A stretch of DNA of 64,000 nt from NCBI GenBank assembly GCA_964388035.1, contig CAYLZE010000013.1, positions 1 through 64,000 on the forward strand, written 5' to 3'. The stretch is from an uncultured archaeon. Its GTDB lineage: Archaea > Asgardarchaeota > Lokiarchaeia > Sigyniarchaeales > SOKP01. Position numbers and translations under genes: made by a program. Shown piece by piece: positions 42,501 through 51,147 of the stretch; the first letter of the stretch is position 1, and every line of letters begins with the position of its first letter. Below the pieces are notes generated by a model. It ran no database searches, was not told where the DNA came from, and saw nothing but the letters and a program-made list of their open reading frames with translations.

Positions 42501-42530
42501 ATATTTAAAGGCTAATCGAAGATTTGTCAT
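39507..42530 (-). CDS. ABC transporter permease, MacB/FtsX-like (two FtsX repeats)
   Basis: RSFLGIFGV, EKIREFGIFRVLG and ERKKEIGIVRTLG; paralog of 27758-30745. Confidence 0.92.
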   Translation of the reverse strand: MTNLRLAFKYAFNDLRSKKLRSFLGIFGVMISVSLLSIILFLSDSVTASFVDYLAADAGNQDMAIYVRHYNGEPVGRSSYFKFQEVIEKVEAETNQIQSYIPRFEASGSVYIKESYDSNVLTEYEQLTTISGIDFTLENSLGFGEFLDPNTGNSMGPVSLPLYHCAIYQDFADNIKYKAGDSIKITIEITHGDKTITKTKRLVIDFIFDYNLKWPSDYRGKNLIVVDISTLQSIFGYDEFKDRCSQLIMTFKSSSQFYDIRDVKGTEIKVKQFAAGIQEALGLEEYTIDLPKLEMLGYSQIFSVGITIIFVFVSIIGMMISGILINGILNTSVEEKIREFGIFRVLGAYKNYNLAIVIIQGFLMCNIGTILGMVEAYFITDIFLLPFAENVLSSGFGLGNAGVSFSFNIVSILIAYGLGIGVGLMVSIAPALKVRRLQLIESIHPYRHEDTLYHLQKKSTVNYRLILIGLILAGNGGFVYFVIPRLIISGDMSLLSGTLLTVLLIFNIGVTLAGMGLVPIFLRALIELFRPISKKLHNIVRIFVFRYHRRNTSTVIIFAMSFSFVIFTATVLQTISAQFSLNIRLQYGSDLVIETRGWDTTRTSRGGGGGFSFFSTSPTSEETQPRTLSDSSINLAADDKYNIDPSRIMTTDFKDVLLEIDGVEKVSCLPAAPSHLTQVYSQVGKEFNVQFGDYAGLSTIGISLYGIDQEYLTTINSNYIKFTRGDQDEAFNQIFSNQGTYYCIISEAIGASLNLNLGDKVRLSIQRGDESDNYVFIIAGMASTMPGFSGRFSGSTNAANNGGVLISQDLYIHLLDVPANVYADKFFIQLSENAVQNSHQIETYIEDTYKYDYDFRVTDLEREVANNERTFSTLDSIFSLVLSATVVICLFGLISSSYSSIIERKKEIGIVRTLGLKGKDVNRLFIIEAIIIMTSSAIVGILTGWFTAWLLSSNLNLLSDTPTDIVFPLQNAITVYTLSTLSVLVGMRIILTKSRREKLVDIYRETL

Positions 42531-42584
42531 TCTGTATCGTTAAACGAGTAAGTATTTCTTTTTCACTTTAGGTTTTGTAGAAAT

Positions 42585-43781
42585 TTATTGTAAAACTAAT
42601 ATTTCCCCTTTTATAGTCGCTTTTAAATTATTATCATTAATTATTTCTTCTAGAATATCATTAAAATGCTCTGGTAAATTTAATAAAATCTCTTTTGGAA
42701 TACTTTTCTTGATATCATTTATCTTTATTTCATTTTGATTATGAGAGTCAAACAAGTATCTATAAATTTTAGTCTTACACTTTTCCTTATTAAGTTCCAT
42801 TTCATTTTGCCGAGTCAATTTCATGACATCGGTTTCTTTGAGTCCAGCTACTTTTCCCTCATGGGTTAATTTTCCATCTCTCATGTGAAAGACTCGGCTG
42901 GCAAATTCACTCACGGTTGCATCGTGCGAAACCGCGATGAAAGTCGCCCCCTTCTTGTTCAAATCTCTTAATAAATTTAATACCATGACTCCTGTTTTAG
43001 AATCCAAATCCCCCGTCGGTTCATCCAACACACATATTGCGGGATCGTTGGCAAAAGCCCGAGCAATAGCCACTCTCTGTTGTTCTCCTCCCGAGAGTTC
43101 TGAAGGAGTATGATGAGCTCTTTCATCCAAACCCACTAACCTTAGCAAATCCATGGCTCTTTTCCGCTTTCCCCTACGACTCAATTTCCCCGAAAAGTGC
43201 AGGGGAACCATGATGTTTTCAAGTGCCGTCATTTGAGGCAAAAGATTATAAAATTGGAAGACAAACCCTATTCTTTCTTTTCTAATGTCCGCTAATTCGT
43301 TATCGCTCAACATGGAGATATTTTTTCCCTCGAGAAAGATTTTTCCTCTCGTGGGAGTATCTAATCCTCCAATTAAATTTAACAGCGTAGTTTTCCCACT
43401 TCCGCTGGGTCCCATGATATCAACAAAATCCCCTTTATCTATTACTAAATCAACGCCTCGCAAAGCAGCCACTGCCGTCGTTCCCAGCAAATAAGTCTTG
43501 TGCAAGTTTTCCACGACAATTAAGTGATCATAATCTTTGCCCGATTCCTTGTCTTCCTTGATCTCTTCTTTTAACTTTGTTTTTTCAAGTTTAGATCCGA
43601 GAAGAATTTCTTTCTTTTGTTCTTTAATCTCTCCTTTTTCTTTTTTATTCTTCCATTTTTGAAAATCCTTGGTCAACTCTCCCTTCCAAATGGCGAGCTT
43701 TCCCGTTTCTTCTTCATACTCTTCCATTAAAGGCGTTTTACCGTTGCTTTTTACACTCATGCCAATTTCCTCAAGGTTCAA
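42585..43781 (-). CDS. ABC ATP-binding protein, LolD/MacB family, with extra N- and C-terminal modules
   Basis: [41 protein letters not shown] and VSHD. Confidence 0.95.
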   Translation of the reverse strand: MNLEEIGMSVKSNGKTPLMEEYEEETGKLAIWKGELTKDFQKWKNKKEKGEIKEQKKEILLGSKLEKTKLKEEIKEDKESGKDYDHLIVVENLHKTYLLGTTAVAALRGVDLVIDKGDFVDIMGPSGSGKTTLLNLIGGLDTPTRGKIFLEGKNISMLSDNELADIRKERIGFVFQFYNLLPQMTALENIMVPLHFSGKLSRRGKRKRAMDLLRLVGLDERAHHTPSELSGGEQQRVAIARAFANDPAICVLDEPTGDLDSKTGVMVLNLLRDLNKKGATFIAVSHDATVSEFASRVFHMRDGKLTHEGKVAGLKETDVMKLTRQNEMELNKEKCKTKIYRYLFDSHNQNEIKINDIKKSIPKEILLNLPEHFNDILEEIINDNNLKATIKGEILVLQ

Positions 43782-43912
43782 ATATATTATTATAAGTAAT
43801 TTATAGTTCCTTCTCGTTTTTTATATAATAAAATTCGAGGTTTATTAATTTTTTTTAATTTTTTTAATAATTGAAAGCATAATTTTAGCTTTGTTTAGTC
43901 CAATCTCTCATC

Positions 43913-44155
43913 TCATGATTTTCCTTTTTCCACATTTTTCTTTCCTGATATGATATCGAATTGGATGGTTTCTATTTTCATGTTAAAGTTAGTTTGACTC
44001 AATGCAGAAGCTGTTAATTTTCCGAAAATTTCTTTAAACTCTTTTGAATTAATGCATTTATCCCTTTCTTCATCGGAGCCAAATGAAAGTATTATTGAAA
44101 ATGAATGCATTGGGAGTCTCTTTAATCGCGACTTCTGCTCGGCTTTCTGAGACAT
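43913..44155 (-). CDS. Hypothetical protein (80 aa)
   Basis: ATG-initiated ORF co-oriented with the ABC operon, with a TATA-like element upstream. Confidence 0.6.
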   Translation of the reverse strand: MSQKAEQKSRLKRLPMHSFSIILSFGSDEERDKCINSKEFKEIFGKLTASALSQTNFNMKIETIQFDIISGKKNVEKGKS

Positions 44156-44220
44156 TTTAATATTTACTTTTTCTTATTTTCACATAATAAAAGTAACTAT
44201 TTTATATTAATCTATCTAAA

Positions 44221-44250
44221 ATGTTAACAAATGTATACAAATGTAAACAT
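44221..44250. promoter_or_regulatory. Array of three 10-bp-phased palindromes (TGTWWACA), putative transcription-factor operator
   Basis: atgttaacaa-atgtatacaa-atgtaaacat, just upstream of a minus-strand TATA-like box at ~44199-44207. Confidence 0.55.
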
Positions 44251-44548
44251 TAAAAATTTAATTTCATGGTCTTTCATCTCTTTTTCCTCCCAATAGAACT
44301 TAAACTATCAAGTATCTGTTCTGCTTTAACTCTTAGGAGAAAAAAAGGGGATAAAAAACTCAAAAAGAGTTTATTAAAGAAAGTTAGAGCGTTCATTGCC
44401 ACTTTTTGTTATTATTCCTTCGAATTAAGTATATGAAAATTAACGAAAAAAATATACCAATAAGTGAAAATTATTGAGACCAAATTTAATGATCTCATTT
44501 TCTTTGATTTAAAGATGAGATAAAAAGGATTCTGCTTTAAAGCTCAAT

Positions 44549-44908
44549 TCATGCATCGATGAGAGCAATAAGTACTCCTATTAGTCCCATTAATAAGGAA
44601 AAACTTATGAAGGAGGATCCAATAATCATAGCAATTTTTATTCCTAAGGGAAAGAAAACAACATCCACGAAGATGCCAACGATGAGTAGGATTGCCAAGA
44701 AATTTTTAGTCCGATAAGAATATTTCATATCAGGCAATATTTTGGCCATTAATATAGAAGAAAATGTCACCCATATAATGCCAAAATTCAATCTTATTAA
44801 TAGCAATCTAAAATCCTCCCAGATAGTTATCATGGTATATAAAAATACTCCTATAAAGAGGAGGCTAAATCCTTTTGCAAGTAAAATTAAAAAGTTCCGG
44901 ATGTTCAT
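44549..44908 (-). CDS. Small membrane protein (about 4 TM)
   Basis: Four hydrophobic segments. Confidence 0.65.
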   Translation of the reverse strand: MNIRNFLILLAKGFSLLFIGVFLYTMITIWEDFRLLLIRLNFGIIWVTFSSILMAKILPDMKYSYRTKNFLAILLIVGIFVDVVFFPLGIKIAMIIGSSFISFSLLMGLIGVLIALIDA

Positions 44909-45061
44909 GGCATCACAATGAAAAGTTAGACATTCCTTAATTGAAATTGATTAGTTCCTTATAAAAATAAGGAATTTTGAGATTAAAAAATTTATTCAAA
45001 TTAAAAAATAAGATTCTATTTTTTGTAATTTTGACAATTAGATCTTATCAAAATCTATATT

Positions 45062-45787
45062 TTATAAAATTTCCTTCAATTCCCTGAGAATTTTTGAGGA
45101 TAAGTCAAATTCTGCTTTTTTTTTTGATTTGAAATTACTTGATTTCAATTTATTAAATTGATAGATAACCTTATCATTTTCGTCTAAAATCATGGGATTC
45201 TTCGCACACCACATGAGATCGTTGTCAGGACCATTCTTTTCATATTCATATACAATTTTTGGAGTTATCCTTAAACGTTTTTGTAAATATTCGAGCATGA
45301 GATTTTTATTAAATATCGGAGAGTCATTTAAAAGAAGGGGGAGATCGGAATAGAAAACATTTACAATTTTCTTCTCTACCATTTGAATATCAAGGTTACT
45401 GTCCAAATATAACGCGGCAGAAACGGCTTCCAATACATCTGCTATGATATTAGTCTTATCTAAATCTTGATCGGGAGTTTTCAAGATAAATTTATCTAAA
45501 TTAAAATACAACTTTCCAATTTCATTTAAAGTATTATCATTTTCAATAAGTTGCTTTTGCTTTGTTAATTGACCCGGATTTGAAGCATTTCCTTTAAAAA
45601 GCTTCAAGCTCAAGGTCAATTTTAGTACGGGATCACCCAAAAACTCTAAATTTTCATAGTGAGATACATGATTGCTATTTCCAAATAAGGGGGTGGTGAG
45701 TGCCTGTTTTAGCAAATTCTTATCTTTAAAATAATAATCAATTTTCTGCTGAAATTGTATTAATTTCTCCTCCTCATCATGGCTCAT
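45062..45787 (-). CDS. rnc: Ribonuclease III (RNase III domain plus dsRBD)
   Basis: LLKQALT, ENLEFLGD signature, ADVLEA..AALYLD, and dsRBD-like SKKKAE. Start reassigned to ATG 45787. Confidence 0.9.
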   Translation of the reverse strand: MSHDEEEKLIQFQQKIDYYFKDKNLLKQALTTPLFGNSNHVSHYENLEFLGDPVLKLTLSLKLFKGNASNPGQLTKQKQLIENDNTLNEIGKLYFNLDKFILKTPDQDLDKTNIIADVLEAVSAALYLDSNLDIQMVEKKIVNVFYSDLPLLLNDSPIFNKNLMLEYLQKRLRITPKIVYEYEKNGPDNDLMWCAKNPMILDENDKVIYQFNKLKSSNFKSKKKAEFDLSSKILRELKEIL

Positions 45788-45844
45788 GCTACATGACTTA
45801 AATTCGCAAAGATTTATAATTTTTTTCTCTCTTCTTCTTCTCAT

Positions 45845-46279
45845 ATGGATAAGAAAAAATTCAACCGTACCATTTCTCAAATTAAAATAATTGAACAGAA
45901 GAAAGAAGAATTATACCAACAATTAAATGCTCAGGAATTACCATCAAGAAAAGACTTAAAACGAGAAATTTCTCAAGATATCTTGTATAAGAGCACAGTT
46001 TTTGAAGAATTAGGCATTCCCAAAAAGGGCATTCAAACGGAGCCTGAAACGGACATCCAACCTCCCTTGATCGAAGACATTATTAATGATCTCTCAGAAA
46101 AAATTAAAAATAACAAATCAAAAAAAGTAATTTATTTAAAAAAATTCCTAGAGCTCTTTCGAGAAATTCATGAAAACGACAAGGCTGTTTTACTTCAATC
46201 CCTTGAAAGAGAGGAGGACATAAAAATGTTGATTGCTAAGATGAAGTCTCTCGCAAATTCCTTCCAATTAACAATTTAA
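45845..46279 (+). CDS. Hypothetical helical protein
   Basis: 144-aa ORF with normal composition, divergent from rnc. Confidence 0.65.
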   Translation: MDKKKFNRTISQIKIIEQKKEELYQQLNAQELPSRKDLKREISQDILYKSTVFEELGIPKKGIQTEPETDIQPPLIEDIINDLSEKIKNNKSKKVIYLKKFLELFREIHENDKAVLLQSLEREEDIKMLIAKMKSLANSFQLTI

Positions 46280-46334
46280 GGGTCTTATTATCAATTAAAG
46301 ATGATTCTTGTACTTTTCTTGTACTTGAAAACCT

Positions 46335-46730
46335 TTATCCCAGTAAGCTAAATAAATTTGTTAATTCCATCACGTTTTTCATGCCTTTGATTTTTACTTT
46401 GCGGGTGATGATTTTAAGTAGCATTTTCCCCGTCGATAATTCACCAGTAGCCATTTTAAAGAATAAATCCGTGGAGGTTTCTAATTTTCCATCCCATCCA
46501 AGTGCCTCTTGCTTGAGATCTTCTTTATTTTCATTCTTAATTCCATCGACCTCGATCGTCCCGTTCTTGATCTTGATAAAAGCAGCGTATTTCCCGTCAG
46601 AAGCATTTAATAAAATCTTTAAATCCCGATCCTTATATTGTTCTTTAAATTTCTCATTAGTGTTTAACGGTTCCATATTTTTTGCAATTACCCCGGCAAA
46701 ACCTCGGGGTTTTTTCTTCTTTTCTTCCAT
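46335..46730 (-). CDS. SCP2 sterol/lipid-binding domain protein
   Basis: IKIKNGTIEV, LETSTDLFFKMATGEL and RKVKIKG pattern. Confidence 0.75.
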   Translation of the reverse strand: MEEKKKKPRGFAGVIAKNMEPLNTNEKFKEQYKDRDLKILLNASDGKYAAFIKIKNGTIEVDGIKNENKEDLKQEALGWDGKLETSTDLFFKMATGELSTGKMLLKIITRKVKIKGMKNVMELTNLFSLLG

Positions 46731-47063
46731 ATTAATATATTCACTTCATTTAAATTGTAATTTTAATTTGGTTTTAATCATACTTCAACATTTTAGAATA
46801 TAAATCTTTCTCTCTTATGGTTTTTTTTTGATCTCGTAGCGTTATTTAATAAACATTTTTGGAATACCTTACATCTTAAATGAAAAAGATTGGCAGAAAA
46901 GCAATCATTTCCCAATCATTTCCAAATGAAATGAATAATTTCTTCAACAAACAACTTTATTTCTGGATACCTTTTACACGATATATCTTATATGTTCCTG
47001 TTCCTGTATAAATTTCACTAAATTAACTATCTCTCTTCCTTTAATTTTGATGAAATATAATTA

Positions 47064-47840
47064 ATGATCATGGCAGACCAGCATTCTTATAGTTTTTTTG
47101 GACAAAAATCAGCTTTTTTTTTCCAAAGCCCTTCAAGATCTGTACAATACCTATTTTTTAGGTTTATCAAAAAAAAAAATAATGGAATTTGGGAAAAACC
47201 CTCAAATAAAGAAGGTACCGTTATCAAGCTATCATTAGAAGAACAAGCGCAAATATTAGAGGTGCTTGAAAAAAACTCTCTTGCGTGGAGCGGTTATCAT
47301 GCATTTAAAGGTAATAAAACACCCATTAACGTCAAATGGGAGACTCCTGAAAGTACTCGGCTTTGGATTAATATTGGAAATTATTCCAAAATGTTACAAT
47401 CTCCCGAAATTACAATCTTAAGGATGCTAATGGAACATGTGTTACAAGAAAAAATAGAACATGCCACCCAACCTTCCTTTTCGAAAAAGGCGTCTAATTC
47501 CATGTCCTCTAATCATGTACAAAAAAAGGTAAATTCACTTGAAGATGGAGAAGATTTAACATTAATTATGAATGATTCTTCTCTTCAAATTGATTCTAAA
47601 AATCATGTTTCAAATGAATCATTTTCTGCTACACAAGTAATTGAAAAAGATTACGGATCCATTCAAGGTAAGATAAAAGGGGAAACAGCAAAAGCTCTAC
47701 TATTAATTACTGGTAAAGATAAAGAACAGTGGATACCTAAATCTACGATAAAATCTGATTATGATGTGAATAATAAAGCCACGGTTCAATCCTTCACGGT
47801 TGAGAATTGGCTTTTAAATAAGAATAATATTTTAGACTAA
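47064..47840 (+). CDS. Hypothetical two-domain protein; N-terminal domain is Whirly/PC4-like (putative ssDNA binding)
   Basis: HSYSFFGQKSA, VIKLSLEE, GYH and LQSPEITIL follow the Whirly motif order. A small C-terminal ETAKALL..WIPKS beta domain follows. Confidence 0.55.
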   Translation: MIMADQHSYSFFGQKSAFFFQSPSRSVQYLFFRFIKKKNNGIWEKPSNKEGTVIKLSLEEQAQILEVLEKNSLAWSGYHAFKGNKTPINVKWETPESTRLWINIGNYSKMLQSPEITILRMLMEHVLQEKIEHATQPSFSKKASNSMSSNHVQKKVNSLEDGEDLTLIMNDSSLQIDSKNHVSNESFSATQVIEKDYGSIQGKIKGETAKALLLITGKDKEQWIPKSTIKSDYDVNNKATVQSFTVENWLLNKNNILD

Positions 47841-47910
47841 TTGCTTTTTATCTAGTACTCATTATAACCTTCTAATTATTTATAAAATCTTGGAAATTTC
47901 TATATAATTA

Positions 47911-48299
47911 GATCTGCTCTTATTCAGAAGAAAAACTCATGAACTCATGGCCGACTAAAGAGGCAAAAATCAATGATCCCATCGTCGCAAAATTAATGAA
48001 TGGTACTCCCAAGATTGTATTATCAGCACGTTGAATGCGATAAACTGGACAAATAAAAAGCTCATAAAAGCAATGCCGTAAAAGTATAGGAATGTTCGGA
48101 AGTTCAGATCTAAGCGTCTCCTTTTAAAGCGGGATCATTGGATGAATTGCGAATTATGGTTAATCCCGTGGTGTTGGCAATCAAAAATACTTTTTTGAGG
48201 GGCGTTAAAAATAAAATGGTACTAAAATTAGAAAAAATAAGAAAATTTAGCTGGGGAAATATTTCGCTATATTATTTGCTCCAGCATGAATCATCCTAA
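47911..48299 (+). pseudogene. Degraded dihydrofolate reductase family (RibD C-terminal-like) gene
   Basis: Fragments across frames: DLLLFRRKTHELM / WPT..DPIVAKLMNGTPKIVLS / FGSSDL / LDELRIMVNPVVL / KLEKIRKFSWGNISLYY. There are multiple frameshifts and stops, and no 5' end. Confidence 0.85.
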
Positions 48300-48518
48300 T
48301 TTTAAAGAGGGTTAGAAATTTCTGTTATTCACTTTGCTGGATGGGTTTTATCCATCATCATTCTATTAAAGTCAAGAACAGTTAATTGGATCCTATTGTG
48401 ATTAAAATATCTAATAACAATAATAATTAGAATGATTAATTACTCGAGAATTAGTATAACGAAGTATAAGCGAGGAGGTATGCTTAATTACGCTACATTT
48501 CAACAGGTAACGCCAGCT

Positions 48519-48773
48519 CTACCAATTTCCTTCTTCACTCGTTCCAAAAAATTCCTCATATGCTTTCCTATCTTCCCCTGAAATCTTTGAACTCTGCCCT
48601 TTTTCCTTGACCACGACCGGAGAAATCTCCTTATCATCATGTCTTATTACTTTCACGATTTTGTAATCTTCAGGGTTTTTTGTATCTAATTCATATTCCA
48701 CTTCACATGCTTTACAATATAACTTACCGCCTCTTGGAATCAATAGGTTAGCGCATTCAGGACAAAACCTCAT
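48519..48773 (-). CDS. RpoM/TFS-like protein with only the N-terminal zinc ribbon
   Basis: MRFCPECANLLIP..LYCKAC, with no C-terminal ribbon. Alternative start at TTG 48785. Confidence 0.78.
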   Translation of the reverse strand: MRFCPECANLLIPRGGKLYCKACEVEYELDTKNPEDYKIVKVIRHDDKEISPVVVKEKGQSSKISGEDRKAYEEFFGTSEEGNW

Positions 48774-49151
48774 TTGCTTTATCAAACTCCGTTTCAGTAT
48801 AATTTTGTATAACTTTTATTTCAACTATTTAAATTTTACGGTATATCGTTTTTATATAAAAAACATACATTATAAAAGAAATTCCTTTAATAAACTTATT
48901 GTTTTAAATTAGAAATCTGCACATGTTACAATAAAAAATTTTCTTTTAAAATTTATTAATATTTCACACTATTGGGAGTAATATATAAAAACATTGCTTT
49001 CGATTACTTATGAGAATTTATTAAGTCATTGATATAATAAACAAAATTGACGTACAAATGACCTTTTAAACAAACCAATATCTATTTAATTAATTATCGC
49101 TCACTTATAAAAAATAATAAAATTCATTTATTTCATTACTTTACCTTCTTC

Positions 49152-49892
49152 ATGAGTTTTTTTGGAGAAAGGATATTGATTATGGGACATAGGGGTGCTT
49201 CCAATACATGTCCCGAGAATACATTAAAAGCTTTTCAAAAAGCCATGGATCTACAAGCAGATTTTATTGAATTTGACGTCATGCAGACAAAAGATGGAGA
49301 ACTCGTCATTAGTCATGATGAAGATGTCTTTAGAACAACTGGTGTAAGAGGCCTAATTAGTGAAATGACTTTAACAGAATTGAAGCAATTAGATGCGGGA
49401 GAGGGGGAGAAGATTCCAACACTTGAAGAACTCATCGAATTAACTTCAGGAAAAATTGGATTGAATTGTGAGATAAAGGCAAAAGGGATAATGAAGAAAG
49501 CGATAGAAGCATTTGATAAAGCAGGGATACTTAATTCCGTGCTCATCTCTTCTTTCCTTCATGATGAATTGCTAAAGATAAAAGATATAAATTCATCCAT
49601 TCGCGTAGCATCTTTAGAACCTATTGAATCAAGAAAAGAGAATTCAAAAGAAGTAAAAGAAGAAATGATTCAATTCGTAGTGGATAATAATTATTATGCC
49701 ATCAATCCATTATATTCGTTCGTAGATGAGGATTTTGTTAGAAGTGCCCATTCCAAGAATGTAAGAGTATTTCCATGGACCGTGGATTCAAAGATTGGAC
49801 TCAAGAAATTGGTTAAATATGGCGTTGATGGCGTTATCACAAATGACATTCCATTAGCAAAAGACGTACTTGGCAAATTACAGAAGAAATAA
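49152..49892 (+). CDS. Glycerophosphodiester phosphodiesterase
   Basis: GHRGAS..PENTL, IEFDV, ISHD, EIK, WTVD and DGVITN. Confidence 0.95.
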   Translation: MSFFGERILIMGHRGASNTCPENTLKAFQKAMDLQADFIEFDVMQTKDGELVISHDEDVFRTTGVRGLISEMTLTELKQLDAGEGEKIPTLEELIELTSGKIGLNCEIKAKGIMKKAIEAFDKAGILNSVLISSFLHDELLKIKDINSSIRVASLEPIESRKENSKEVKEEMIQFVVDNNYYAINPLYSFVDEDFVRSAHSKNVRVFPWTVDSKIGLKKLVKYGVDGVITNDIPLAKDVLGKLQKK

Positions 49893-50235
49893 AGGAAGTT
49901 TTGTGAAAAATTTATATTGAAAAATTCTTTCATTGAAATGTGATCCTAAAATAAGAATGGCATTAATCTCACTTTTTATTATTAATGATGAGGTTCTTTT
50001 TTAGTTAGTCTTATTAGAACAAGATTAGAATTGGTTCTTTAGTAATGAGAGAAAATTCATCTAAGCATTATATACTTTCCGAAAAATTATAATGGAAATT
50101 AATAATCAATTACTTTTTAAATGGATTTTAAAATTTTATAGTTATACCTCTAATTATGGAAAAAAAAGAATATTTATTAATAATCTTTTTAATTATTTAC
50201 TTATCTTTTTTGTCAAGTTAAGGTGAAATGCAAAA

Positions 50236-50922
50236 TTGCTATATGTTACAGGTTATGATTTTCCCGAGCCAATTCGCACAATTATGATGATTACTCAGAT
50301 AATCACGGGAATTTGATTATTTATTATTGTTATTGCAACCTATTCATATTATAAAAAATATCCTGCATACTCAGAAATAAGTACAAATTATATTATAGGA
50401 ATATTAATTGTATTTATAATACTCACTTTTTATAGGTTTCTTTTCTTTTATCACGACTTTTTTGCTCCTGATGATTTGGATACTATACTCAGTAAAATTG
50501 CTAATTCCAGTCTTTTAGTAGGCTTAATTATCTTAAATTATATTTTAGAAAGATATATTTATAAAAAGAAAACCAAATACATTTTCACAATCGTAGGTAT
50601 CATATTTTTAATTCTATATAATGTAGTTGTTGATCCAAGTCTCGTGCGTATAATCATTCAATTTGGATCATTTCTATTAATTATATTTCCTCTTATCGTT
50701 CATATAATTATTGCGATTAGGGGAACTGGATGGATTAGGCAAAAAGCAATACTAATATGTGTTGGAATTATAATATTAATTTTTAGTACGCTTGGTCTAT
50801 TTTTATTTGAAAGTTTTGGTTTAATAGATCATACATTAAGCTTGATTCTCGGTTTTCCTCTCTCTTTGATAGGATATGCTTTTACTGGTTATGGATTAAT
50901 GACGATATTGTATGAGACGTAA
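50236..50922 (+). pseudogene. Multi-pass (~6-7 TM) membrane protein interrupted by an in-frame TGA at 50314-50316
   Basis: The frame of ORF 50476-50922 extends back through two more hydrophobic helices to TTG 50236, preceded by AGGTGA. There is one internal TGA. Confidence 0.65.
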
Positions 50923-51147
50923 TTTATTTCTTCCTTACATTCATAAAAATAAGAGAAGCTAAACCTCTATCTAATCCATCAAGGTGAAAAAATAGAGAGA
51001 AAAACTAACTGATCTTACTAAACACTGTTTTTCTTTTTTGTATTTGAAAAATAGATGGAAATTCAAAATCTTTAAAGAAATCATGTCTTTGGAATAAAAA
51101 TTATTAAGCCAAATTTTAAAAATCTTAACATCTAAATATAGATCATC

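Noticed and set aside
45788-45880. N-terminal extension of RNase III
   Set aside because: It would overlap the divergent gene head-to-head, and the domain begins after ATG 45787.
46902-46923. 11-bp direct repeat (caatcatttcc twice)
   Set aside because: Only two adjacent copies with no spacers; not CRISPR and possibly a chance duplication.
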